From the NCBI GenBank assembly GCA_028279595.1, contig JANQNK010000003.1, positions 128,001 through 192,000 of the forward strand: DNA of 64,000 nucleotides. Reading direction: 5' to 3'. The notes below the pieces were generated by a model. The model made no database searches. It was not told the origin of the DNA and saw nothing but the letters and a program-made list of their open reading frames with translations. Shown in pieces: positions 36,758-46,002 of the stretch. Made by a program: the position numbers and the translations under genes. The stretch is from Thermoplasmatota archaeon. Its GTDB lineage: Archaea; Thermoplasmatota; JAKEGO01. Numbering within the stretch: the first letter of the stretch is position 1; each line of letters begins with the position of its first letter.

Positions 36758-39700
36758 TTATTTTCTGGTGGTTCTCCGCTTGCTGGGGGGTTTGCTGGAA
36801 TTCACTATAGGAGGTCGTTTTACCTTCTTACCCTTCATTGGAGATATCGGCCCCCCTTCATCCTTGGGTAACGATCTCGTCTCTCTCCTCTCCTCCATCA
36901 TCCGTTTCCGTTTGACGATACGTAGCAGGAGGACGACAAGTATCACAGCAGCAAGGAAAAGGATGGAGTTCTGCAGAACCATACTTGAATCGATCTCGAG
37001 CGGATGGTCGCTAGTGTCCTTATGGGGATTTCTGATCACGATCTCCTGTTCTATGATATCCGAATAATGGGCGCCGTCGGAAACTCGGATCTCGAATGAG
37101 TGTCTTCCGCTCCCATAATCGTCGGCCCATAGCCTGAGGGTCAACATGAAAGACGTTAAATTGACATGATCGACATTGGGACGGACCTCTGTCCAATTAC
37201 CACCATTCACCTTCATTTCCACGGTGAAAATGTTTCCCCTGTCTTCTGTCACATTGAATATGATGTAGAATGATGTACCGACATTTACCTTTTTGCTGGT
37301 CCTTTCATCGATCGAAATGACCGGAATTCCATCGATGTCCCCGGGAGGCTCGATATAGGTCGTGAAGGACCTTGACAACGGGGAGAAATCATATGTGTCT
37401 GTCCTGATGTAGTAATGGTGGTCGACTATTCCATCTTCATTCTCGTCCGTTGTCCATCTCGAATAGTGGTTGTTCCACCAGTAGATCTTCTCGATTCCTG
37501 CTGCATCGATATTTTCATGGTTTCGAACGAAATCGTTAAAGTAAATCTCTCCGTTCGTCTCATAGGTCTTTATCCCACTCTCCAGATTCGCGTACATCCA
37601 CGATCTCGTAATGTTCAATTCTTCGGTATCATAGATTAAAAATCCAAATTCGTTATGAGAGACGTTGACCAGGGAGATGTCTACCTGATAGCAATCAATC
37701 AAAGATATCCCAACATAATGGTCGGTGATGCTGCAGTTGGAGATCATCACATTCGAGCAGCTGTCGATGTAAAGGCCGTCCGATGTGAATTGGCTACTCA
37801 ATGGATATGGAAAATCGTATCCACTGCCCCCGTCCAATGTCAAGTTCATGATCGAGATATTGTCTGAATCCCAAACCATGACTGCTCCCATCAGAGGAGC
37901 GATCATCATGTCTCTGATCGTGACATCAGAGCAATTGACCAGAATGAGCTGAGTGGAATCTTCGGTTATCACTGTCTCTACCTCGGACACAACCAAGGTC
38001 GGAAATTCCCCATCGATCGAGCAATTTTTGAATTCTGATTCCATGAATCCCATGGTCCCGAGTGGTTCGACAAAGATATCACCAGATATATCGCACTCGG
38101 TAAACCGATTCGTCCCCCTAACGAAAACGATGAAATCCGAAGCTTCGATCGAACAATCAGTGAATCGGCTGTCGCCCGATAGGATGATCAACGTCCTGTT
38201 CGTAATTGAACATTCTTTGAACCGATTATCGTTTCCATCGATCTGAACGGATCCTGTCCCATTGATAACCACATCATCGAATCGGTTTCGATCCCCTGTC
38301 ACGATGAGATCGCCTGTCATCCGGTTCAACTCGATCCCATCGATAGAATTGTCGTTGCCGATTATCTCGAACGATTGGTTCGCGAATCCTACCCCATTCA
38401 CATCCGCGATCTCGTTCCCATTCCCTCCTATCCTGATGTACGACTCAGGGCCGACCTCTGAGACGGATGAATGATCGAAAGACATCGATGCATTGGAACC
38501 ACTTATCGAAATGAAGTTCGATATAAGGGTGGTATTGACTATCGATCCATTATTACCGATGTCCAATTCCGAAGGCAATACGTAATACCAATTGAAGCCA
38601 CTGGATACCAGCTGGAATCGGGAATCGGCAATATTGACGTCATCGTTCACGCGTAAACGAAGGTATGCGTTATCGACGATACAATCTGAGATCGTTACAT
38701 TATCGAAATCAGCGATGTAAAATCCAATCGTAGGATAACTGGAGATGTAGTATTTTCTCAAGATATTGAGAATATTAACATTTCCGATCCTGAGCCTTTG
38801 ACCATTCGTTAAATAAAGCCCTTCAGTGGAGTTCTGGACAGACAGTGAATCTATGACAACATCGTTAATCCCTTCCATTCTGATACCTTTTTGAATTCCT
38901 TCACACGTGATGTTCCTAACCGTGATGTTAGAAGAAGAGTAAACACGTATCCCGTCACCCTCCAACATCAATGAGTTCTGGACGGTGATGTTCTTACAGG
39001 ATACCGCAATCATCCCTCCCACTCCATCATAGGTCTGGTCCTCCTCATCGACCAAGACGAGATATCTACCGGTTAGTGTGGAACAATTGACCAATGAGTA
39101 CGATCTGACGCGAGCTTCGAAATATATATTGTAATCCAATCCTCCCCTGATAACACAATTCATCAGAGTCAGATCGTTTGCATACTCGACGTCCAGCCCA
39201 TCCTCCGAAAGAAATGTGGAATTCACCGCAGTGAGATCGGTGCGGTATAGTTCGAAGTCACTCAGGTCTGTTTCGATCGTGACATTGTCGATGTACACAT
39301 TGTGACAATCCTTGAAGATCATTCCAGTAGAGGCCCCGGTGATCGTGGAATCCTTAACCAACAGGTCATGGCAATCTTCGGCAATGATGGAATTCAATCC
39401 ATTCTGGTCAACTATCGTGATATTGCTACAATTATTGATGATGATTTGTCCAGCGATATCAGAATACAACATGTCAGTCTGGTCATGGATAATGATCAAT
39501 GGCCTTCCATCCACGGTTGTGTTTTCAATGATGATATCTTCGATTGCTACTTCCTCTCCAATTACCACCCCTGAACCGAATAGTTCGCAACCGCTTATGT
39601 AGGTCGTTTCATCGATAAAAATGGACCCCATCGTGCAATTGGAAATGGTGACATTTTTCGCTACTGTTGGTCCAAGGATACCTAATCCATAACCGGTTCG

Positions 39701-40231
39701 ATCGATGACCGAGTCAACGATCAATGTGGAACCTGAGGTAACTATTGCAGTATAAGGTGCATTGAGTATGGTCACATTCCTGATCTCGTTCTTGGAATAA
39801 TCCTCACTTCTCGATAGATCCATTGATCCGTTTATAAGTACACAATCCTCTATGAGGAATGTTCCGTCCCTAGAATGAATGAGATCGTCGTAAGTAGAGT
39901 TCGTACTCATTGTGAATCCGGAGATCGATACTCCTGGCTCGTAAATACCGAGGCCAGAATAGTCAAACTTAAGAAAGGTATTCGAGGAACCATTTCCAAT
40001 TATGGTGATCGAATCAAGAATGGATAACCTTGAGAGCCAGTAGGTACCAGCATGGACTCTGATTGTATCATTATCATTTGCGGTGTATATAGCCCATGAC
40101 AGGGAACCTGAGTCCGCACCGTCCCAATCGTCATCAACGATGTAAGTCTCACCCGAGGACAAACCGATTGATAAAATCACGACTAACAAGACCGCGGTGA
40201 TTAGGAGTCCCCTGAGCATGGTGTTCCCCAT
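36758..40231 (-). CDS. NosD/CASH right-handed beta-helix surface protein
   Basis: Signal peptide, IVDDD...DTIRVHAGTY, many S.N.I.N repeats, C-terminal TM plus basic tail; visibly lower GC. Confidence 0.88.
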   Translation of the reverse strand: MGNTMLRGLLITAVLLVVILSIGLSSGETYIVDDDWDGADSGSLSWAIYTANDNDTIRVHAGTYWLSRLSILDSITIIGNGSSNTFLKFDYSGLGIYEPGVSISGFTMSTNSTYDDLIHSRDGTFLIEDCVLINGSMDLSRSEDYSKNEIRNVTILNAPYTAIVTSGSTLIVDSVIDRTGYGLGILGPTVAKNVTISNCTMGSIFIDETTYISGCELFGSGVVIGEEVAIEDIIIENTTVDGRPLIIIHDQTDMLYSDIAGQIIINNCSNITIVDQNGLNSIIAEDCHDLLVKDSTITGASTGMIFKDCHNVYIDNVTIETDLSDFELYRTDLTAVNSTFLSEDGLDVEYANDLTLMNCVIRGGLDYNIYFEARVRSYSLVNCSTLTGRYLVLVDEEDQTYDGVGGMIAVSCKNITVQNSLMLEGDGIRVYSSSNITVRNITCEGIQKGIRMEGINDVVIDSLSVQNSTEGLYLTNGQRLRIGNVNILNILRKYYISSYPTIGFYIADFDNVTISDCIVDNAYLRLRVNDDVNIADSRFQLVSSGFNWYYVLPSELDIGNNGSIVNTTLISNFISISGSNASMSFDHSSVSEVGPESYIRIGGNGNEIADVNGVGFANQSFEIIGNDNSIDGIELNRMTGDLIVTGDRNRFDDVVINGTGSVQIDGNDNRFKECSITNRTLIILSGDSRFTDCSIEASDFIVFVRGTNRFTECDISGDIFVEPLGTMGFMESEFKNCSIDGEFPTLVVSEVETVITEDSTQLILVNCSDVTIRDMMIAPLMGAVMVWDSDNISIMNLTLDGGSGYDFPYPLSSQFTSDGLYIDSCSNVMISNCSITDHYVGISLIDCYQVDISLVNVSHNEFGFLIYDTEELNITRSWMYANLESGIKTYETNGEIYFNDFVRNHENIDAAGIEKIYWWNNHYSRWTTDENEDGIVDHHYYIRTDTYDFSPLSRSFTTYIEPPGDIDGIPVISIDERTSKKVNVGTSFYIIFNVTEDRGNIFTVEMKVNGGNWTEVRPNVDHVNLTSFMLTLRLWADDYGSGRHSFEIRVSDGAHYSDIIEQEIVIRNPHKDTSDHPLEIDSSMVLQNSILFLAAVILVVLLLRIVKRKRMMEERRETRSLPKDEGGPISPMKGKKVKRPPIVNSSKPPSKRRTTRK

Positions 40232-40341
40232 TCAAACGACTCTGTTCAAACATAAAGGGTTTATGGTCATCATTTTCCATCGAGGCTAATCCGAATCCCA
40301 CATGATTTCCAGAGAGCCAGACGTCGAGGATAAGTACGATT

Positions 40342-41382
40342 TCACTCCACTTCGACCTTGTACCCGGTATTGTTGACGGGAGCGGTGATGACCCTGTCGA
40401 CGATGTCGCTTTCAGTCATCATTCGCTCGAATGCTGCGGCATCAACGACGGGAACAACGCCTGTGACACTTGGTCCCACAGAGCTCATACCGACCAGCTT
40501 CGCCCCGGCGTCCCTCATCCGCTTGGAAAGGTCCCGAATTCCCTGCGGATCAGCGTGATGCTCGATCTCGGCGACCTTGGAACCTAGCGATTGTATGCTC
40601 TCGATCGCCTCGGTCATCCCATCGAGGTCCATGGACTCCATCGCGGGGACCAGGTCCATGAGCATGATGTGCGTCTTCCTCTGCGCGTCCCTGTCATCGA
40701 GGTCCCTCGCCCTGTTCATCAGGAGCTCGACCTCATCCTCGCCCGAGTGCCTGTCGGGATCGCCGGCGATGACCGCCATAACGACCGAGAGATCGTCCGG
40801 GAGGGGAGCCCTGTGTGCTATCCCGAGCCCGTCCGACATGATAACGAATCCTCCGTAGAGTCCAGCAGCGGGTCCGACCCCGGTCTCGAATCCAGGGATC
40901 ACTCCATCCGGGTGGTCCTCGATGAAGTTCCGGCCGATGATGTAACGAAGGTCCCTGCTCTCGAGAGGCTTTCCAAGGACGTGGTTGACAGCGACCGCCA
41001 CTGCGGTCATCAACGCGCTCGTCGAGCCGAGTCCGAGATGCCTGATGCCGTGGTCCTCGGCCTCGATCTCGAGGCATCCGTCGTAACCTGCAGCTCCCGC
41101 GACGACGCGGGCGGCGTGCTCGACGACGTTCGATCTCGATGAATCGAAGACCCATTCCTCGGAGGGTCTGGCCTTCGCAACGGCGTCGAGGCCGATGGCG
41201 TGCCCTATCCCGCCACCTCCTGGTTTCCCTGGTGAGAACCGGCGCATGTCGATGACTGACAGGTGGGTCCTGCAGGGCACCACTGCTTTGGCCATCTCAT
41301 GCAATTTTATGGAACCCGTACTGTAGAATGAATCGTCAAGGAACGTGCCCGGTCTGAGGACCTCCATGGAACTCCAATCCAA
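40342..41382 (-). CDS. GHMP-family protein, beta-RFAP synthase (MptG)-like
   Basis: P.R.H, GGGIG, HLGLGSTS, TGVG...GGF, MSSVGP. Confidence 0.75.
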   Translation of the reverse strand: MDWSSMEVLRPGTFLDDSFYSTGSIKLHEMAKAVVPCRTHLSVIDMRRFSPGKPGGGGIGHAIGLDAVAKARPSEEWVFDSSRSNVVEHAARVVAGAAGYDGCLEIEAEDHGIRHLGLGSTSALMTAVAVAVNHVLGKPLESRDLRYIIGRNFIEDHPDGVIPGFETGVGPAAGLYGGFVIMSDGLGIAHRAPLPDDLSVVMAVIAGDPDRHSGEDEVELLMNRARDLDDRDAQRKTHIMLMDLVPAMESMDLDGMTEAIESIQSLGSKVAEIEHHADPQGIRDLSKRMRDAGAKLVGMSSVGPSVTGVVPVVDAAAFERMMTESDIVDRVITAPVNNTGYKVEVE

Positions 41383-41449
41383 CCCCGGTATTAGTCATTT
41401 TCCCGGATGCTCCAAAAGGAAGATGTAATCCGCGGAAGCATTGGAGACC

Positions 41450-43555
41450 ATGCGGGCGTACCCCTTCTCCGTTAGGCGCACCTGGCTCGATGCGGTCCCT
41501 CTGATCATCGTGTTTGTCATGGGGGCGCTCGCTCTTTCCCAGGTGAGAGGATCGGTGACCATCGCCGAGGTCCATTACAACACGTTCAGTCAGGGCGAGG
41601 ATGATGAGTTCATTGTGATCCGCAACGACGGACCCGACGTGGTCGACCTGTCGGGATGGGACATTACTGACAACGAGGACGTGTCCCCGTTGAACGGCAG
41701 CCTTTCTCCCGGTGGAAGTATGGTCCTCACGCGTGATCTGGAAAGCGTTCTGGAGAAGGAGCCCGACTTCTTCAGTCGGAGGTTTTCATGTGTTCTGGGT
41801 CCATATCTTGAACTACGGCTTGCGAACGACGGAGATGAAGTTGTCCTCAGGGAGCATGATCGTGTCATGGATGCTTTCGTCTATGGTGATGGGACATCGG
41901 GCACCGGATGGCTCGGCCCCCCATCGCCTTCCCTTTACGAGGGTGAGATCGCCGTCAGGAGTGGCCGTGATACCAATACGTCATCGGACTGGACCACTGG
42001 CCGCCTGCACAGGCTTGGTCAATCGGACTTCGTTCCAGGATACTTCATGGCGGAGTCTATCACAGCGTTGGTCACCCCGGACTGCACCGACGGGCCGATC
42101 ACTGACCTGATCGGATCGGCGAACGAGAGCATCCTTGTCGAGGCCTACGAGATCCTCTCTCTCGCGATCGCTGATGCCCTCTCCAATGCCTCACGCCTAG
42201 GGGTCGATGTTACGGTCCTGCTGGACGGCGGTCCGGTAGGATGGAACTTCTGGAACGTCTATGAGGTGGAATATCGCGAGCGCTACAGGTCCCTTGAGAA
42301 GGTGTACACCGAGAAGTCGCTGGTCGATAGGATGGTCTCGGCCGGGGTAGACGTCAGGTTCCACACGGGTATCGATCCGAGATACGTCTTCATCCATTCG
42401 AAATGCATAGTGGCCGATGATGCCGTCCTTGTGTCCTCGGACAACCTGGTCGAGGGGGCCTTTCCGAACGAACTTCGATTCACAGGCACGTCCGTGAGAG
42501 GAAGCCGGGGGTGGGCAGTGATCCTTCGAGGAGGCGAGATCTCGGACCACTTCAGGGCAGTGATCGAGCATGACATCGAAGGATACGATGTAGTTCGGTG
42601 GGGGACTCCACCATACGATCCACCGCCGTCCTACTTCGAATTGGGCCGGGATCCTGACGAATGGGTGTGGACATCGCCGGTTCAGCCTGTCGTCATCGCT
42701 CCCTTTCATGTCAACCGTTCGGTGCCGATCCTTCCCGTGCTGTCACCCGACTCCTCCTCTGGATGGCCCATCGTGGCGATGATCGAGAACGCAACGGAGT
42801 TCGTGTACGTCGAGCTCCTTGACCTCAATCCCAACTGGAGCCGGATGGGCGGGAACGCGTATCTGGAAGCCCTCCTCGATGCCGCTGGAAGGGATGTCGA
42901 TGTCCGGGTCCTTCTCGATCCCACATGGGCCCGAGAGGGAGGGTCCTTCGATAATCATGAGATGTCAAAGGCCCTGGTCGAAGCATCGGAATCATTGCCG
43001 GAGCTCGAATGTCGGCTCCTCTCCCCTCACGGGCTGACGATGCTCCACAACAAGGGTGTCGTCACCGAGAAGAGCGTCCTCGTATCGAGCATCAACTGGG
43101 GCTTCAACTCCGTGTTCAGGAACCGTGAGACCGCGGTCATCATCGAGGACAGGGAGATCGCTGGATACTATCGAAACGCGTTCTTTCAGGACTGGAACAG
43201 GTCCGTTCTCGACAAGGTCGGGGTTTCGATCTCATATGACGGTAACTACGCCGTTCGACTGGCCGGTGTGAACGGCTCACATCAGGTGGATGTCAGGATA
43301 GGTGATGTACACACCTTCTCCGACGTCATCCGAGAGGATGAGACGAGGACCGTTCCGCTCATCCGGTCCAGCGGACCAGTAACTATTACGATCGATGGGT
43401 CGACCATTCATCTGACCGACTCGACAACTGATGTCACAGCCAGGGACCGGACCGACAGGAAGGTCGATGATGGTGCGGTCGACCTGGGGATCCCAGCGAT
43501 GGCCATCGTGGCGATGGTCGTGTGGTACATCATCTTCCGAAAACTGCGGGGATAG
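41450..43555 (+). CDS. Phospholipase D-family protein with lamin-tail domain
   Basis: I.EV.Y...EF..I.N LTD start; HSKCIVADD and HNKGVV motifs; SINW, NRE. Confidence 0.88.
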   Translation: MRAYPFSVRRTWLDAVPLIIVFVMGALALSQVRGSVTIAEVHYNTFSQGEDDEFIVIRNDGPDVVDLSGWDITDNEDVSPLNGSLSPGGSMVLTRDLESVLEKEPDFFSRRFSCVLGPYLELRLANDGDEVVLREHDRVMDAFVYGDGTSGTGWLGPPSPSLYEGEIAVRSGRDTNTSSDWTTGRLHRLGQSDFVPGYFMAESITALVTPDCTDGPITDLIGSANESILVEAYEILSLAIADALSNASRLGVDVTVLLDGGPVGWNFWNVYEVEYRERYRSLEKVYTEKSLVDRMVSAGVDVRFHTGIDPRYVFIHSKCIVADDAVLVSSDNLVEGAFPNELRFTGTSVRGSRGWAVILRGGEISDHFRAVIEHDIEGYDVVRWGTPPYDPPPSYFELGRDPDEWVWTSPVQPVVIAPFHVNRSVPILPVLSPDSSSGWPIVAMIENATEFVYVELLDLNPNWSRMGGNAYLEALLDAAGRDVDVRVLLDPTWAREGGSFDNHEMSKALVEASESLPELECRLLSPHGLTMLHNKGVVTEKSVLVSSINWGFNSVFRNRETAVIIEDREIAGYYRNAFFQDWNRSVLDKVGVSISYDGNYAVRLAGVNGSHQVDVRIGDVHTFSDVIREDETRTVPLIRSSGPVTITIDGSTIHLTDSTTDVTARDRTDRKVDDGAVDLGIPAMAIVAMVVWYIIFRKLRG

Positions 43556-43612
43556 CACGCGCTCTGCCCACTGGGGATATCTCGTCTGATGGACCCCTGT
43601 CCTCCTATCGGT

Positions 43613-43834
43613 CTAACTCCCCAGGTCCCACTTCTCGGAGAACCTGTGGTGGTGTAGCTCGATGTTGTCAGCAACGTTCTGGTTCCAGTCGACAGAGGCT
43701 TCGTCACATTCGTGGCACACCACTCCCTCGAGCGGGATCTCGGTTTTTATCTCCCACTCGTCCCTGGGGTAGAACGTGCAGTCCTTGCACCAATGCCATA
43801 CGTGACTATCATATGACCTCGCGTACCTCTTCAT
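43613..43834 (-). CDS. Small Cys/His metal-binding protein
   Basis: WHWCKDC...CHEC. Confidence 0.65.
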   Translation of the reverse strand: MKRYARSYDSHVWHWCKDCTFYPRDEWEIKTEIPLEGVVCHECDEASVDWNQNVADNIELHHHRFSEKWDLGS

Positions 43835-43895
43835 ATGCGGACCCAACTATATGAATCGGATTCTCGCCTATATAATTCTTTTTATCAGTTGGGAC

Positions 43896-44348
43896 TTAAA
43901 TATGGCTCGAACACTGGCAGAATCCTACAGTTGCTTCCGACGTCGCGATGAAGATGTAAGCCTCCTCGACGCCCTTCACCGCTTGGAGCTCATTGAACAT
44001 CCTTCTGACATCTTCGGCTTCCCCCGAGAACATCATGGCCTCGCAGCATGGGGCGTGGTCGATGTCCATGTCGGAGTGCATGAAGGACCTGATCGTGCCC
44101 TTGTGTTTATGACGGACACTCGAGACACGATCGTCCGAGTCGTGGTCGTACAGGATTATCATGACTCCCTCCACGACCCCACTCATGTCCTCAAGCGAAG
44201 CCTTCTTCCTCATGAACTCCCTGAGGGCGTCCCGGACGAGCTCGGACCGGCTGACGTAGCCCATCTCGGATTTCGCAGAATCCATCTCCTCCACGGTCAC
44301 TCCCGGCAGGCTGATCGAAATGACGTTCGTCTCCTTCTGCACCATCAC
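43896..44348 (-). CDS. NikR-family RHH regulator with variant metal site
   Basis: ISISL...GY.SRSELVRDALR RHH plus ACT domain; H/HxD/CC instead of H/HxH/C. Confidence 0.88.
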   Translation of the reverse strand: MMVQKETNVISISLPGVTVEEMDSAKSEMGYVSRSELVRDALREFMRKKASLEDMSGVVEGVMIILYDHDSDDRVSSVRHKHKGTIRSFMHSDMDIDHAPCCEAMMFSGEAEDVRRMFNELQAVKGVEEAYIFIATSEATVGFCQCSSHI

Positions 44349-45160
44349 TCCATCCTCCTGTAGGCGGCGACGAAGATGAAGATACCGGCCATCGTGAAGA
44401 CTATCACCCCGCTTGTGGCGACGTCGTAGATGGCCGAGAGGATCATTCCCAGGAAGGCGCTGGACATACCGAACAGAACCGCTGCGACGGTCGTGCCGCG
44501 GAACGACAGGCCCAGTTGAAGGGCGGACAATCCCGGGAGGACTATGAGGGCAACGACGAGGATTATCCCCACCACCTTGATGGAGATGACTATGGTCACG
44601 GCGACCAGTATATTGAATCCTATGGACAGGGTCGTCACCGGTATACCGACAAGGCGCGCTGCCTGGTCATCGAAAGTCATCGAAAGGAGTTCCTTGTAGA
44701 AGACACCGAGGAAGACAACGGCGATGACGGCAAGAGTTGTGACAGTCTCCAGGTCCTGCTGATCGATCGTCAGTATCGAACCGAATAGGTAGGAGAAGAG
44801 CTCGATATTGAAGCCGTCGGCCAGCGAGATCACTATCAGGCCTCCAGCGAATCCAACGGCGAGCATCACGGCTGTGGCTGCGTCGGAGGACGCCAGTCCA
44901 AGTTTCTTCATGTAGGATATGCCCAGAACCGCGAGTATTGACACTATCATTGCCGTTAGGAAAGGATCGATGCCGAGGAAGAGTCCCAGGGCTATGCCGC
45001 CAAAGGCGGTGTGGGCTACACCATCGGCCATCATGGCCTCCTTCCTGAGTATGAGGAAGAGGCCCACCCAGGAGCACACGAGGGCAGTGATCGCCCCTCC
45101 GATTATTGCGTTCCTGAAGAAGGTGTACTCGAAGAGCCTAGGTATATCGAACAGTGTCAA
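44345..45160 (-). CDS. znuB: Zn/Mn ABC transporter permease
   Basis: D.VAH.AFGG, YLFGSIL, FD...A...G, VG..LV.AL. Confidence 0.92.
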   Translation of the reverse strand: MTLFDIPRLFEYTFFRNAIIGGAITALVCSWVGLFLILRKEAMMADGVAHTAFGGIALGLFLGIDPFLTAMIVSILAVLGISYMKKLGLASSDAATAVMLAVGFAGGLIVISLADGFNIELFSYLFGSILTIDQQDLETVTTLAVIAVVFLGVFYKELLSMTFDDQAARLVGIPVTTLSIGFNILVAVTIVISIKVVGIILVVALIVLPGLSALQLGLSFRGTTVAAVLFGMSSAFLGMILSAIYDVATSGVIVFTMAGIFIFVAAYRRME

Positions 45161-46002
45161 TGCCGTTGTTCCACCCCGCAGCTGTGTTCGTGGAATACGA
45201 AATGGAAATGGTCACCGTATCCCTTCCGGAGCAGATCGTTGGGGTCGAGGTCGGGTGCGACCTTCGCGAAATGCACGTCCCTGCTGACGCACATCGCCTT
45301 GGACATCCTGCAGAATACTGCCATAAGGTCGTGGGAGACGAGCAGGATGGTTATGTTCCGGTCCTGGTTCAGGACACTGATCCGCTCGTAGAAACGCTCC
45401 ATCGTCGTAGCGTCCACGCCGGCAACGGGTTCGTCGAGGATCATGAGGTCCGGGTCCCGGACGAGGGCCTTCGCCACGAAGACCCTCTGCTTCTGGCCTC
45501 CCGAGAGGTTGCCTATGCGCCTGTTCGCAAGCCTGGTCAGCTCCATGGCCTCGAGGGCCGAGTCTACGGCCGCCCAGTCCTCCTTTCTAAGCGGTCTTCC
45601 GAGATTACCCCGCCTCACCCTCCCTAGTCCGACCATCTCCTTCACCGTCAGGGGGAACTGGGTGTCGAAATTGATGGCTTCCTGGGAGACGTAGGCCACG
45701 CGTTCCCACTGCCGGAACCTAGAGATGTCCTTCCCGAAGAGGCGGATGCTTCCACGCTTTATCGGCAGGATCCCAAGTATCGCGTGGATGAGCGTCGTCT
45801 TTCCGCCGCCGTTCGGTCCGACGATCCCGACGAAGTCACCAGCCTCGATGTCGAAGGTCGCTTTCCTGACAACCAGCTCCTTGGACCTCATCACATCGAG
45901 GTTACGGACCTCGAGAACGGGGGTCCTATCGATGGAGCGATCGGTCGTCCTTCCATTTACTACGGTGTCTGCCTTCGACCCGACTGTAACCGACGCTATC
46001 AG
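45157..46002 (-). CDS. znuC: Zn/Mn ABC transporter ATPase (start unresolved; first canonical start 45894)
   Basis: GPNGGGKT, LSGGQKQR, LDEP, VSHD. Confidence 0.9.
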   Translation of the reverse strand: MIASVTVGSKADTVVNGRTTDRSIDRTPVLEVRNLDVMRSKELVVRKATFDIEAGDFVGIVGPNGGGKTTLIHAILGILPIKRGSIRLFGKDISRFRQWERVAYVSQEAINFDTQFPLTVKEMVGLGRVRRGNLGRPLRKEDWAAVDSALEAMELTRLANRRIGNLSGGQKQRVFVAKALVRDPDLMILDEPVAGVDATTMERFYERISVLNQDRNITILLVSHDLMAVFCRMSKAMCVSRDVHFAKVAPDLDPNDLLRKGYGDHFHFVFHEHSCGVEQRH

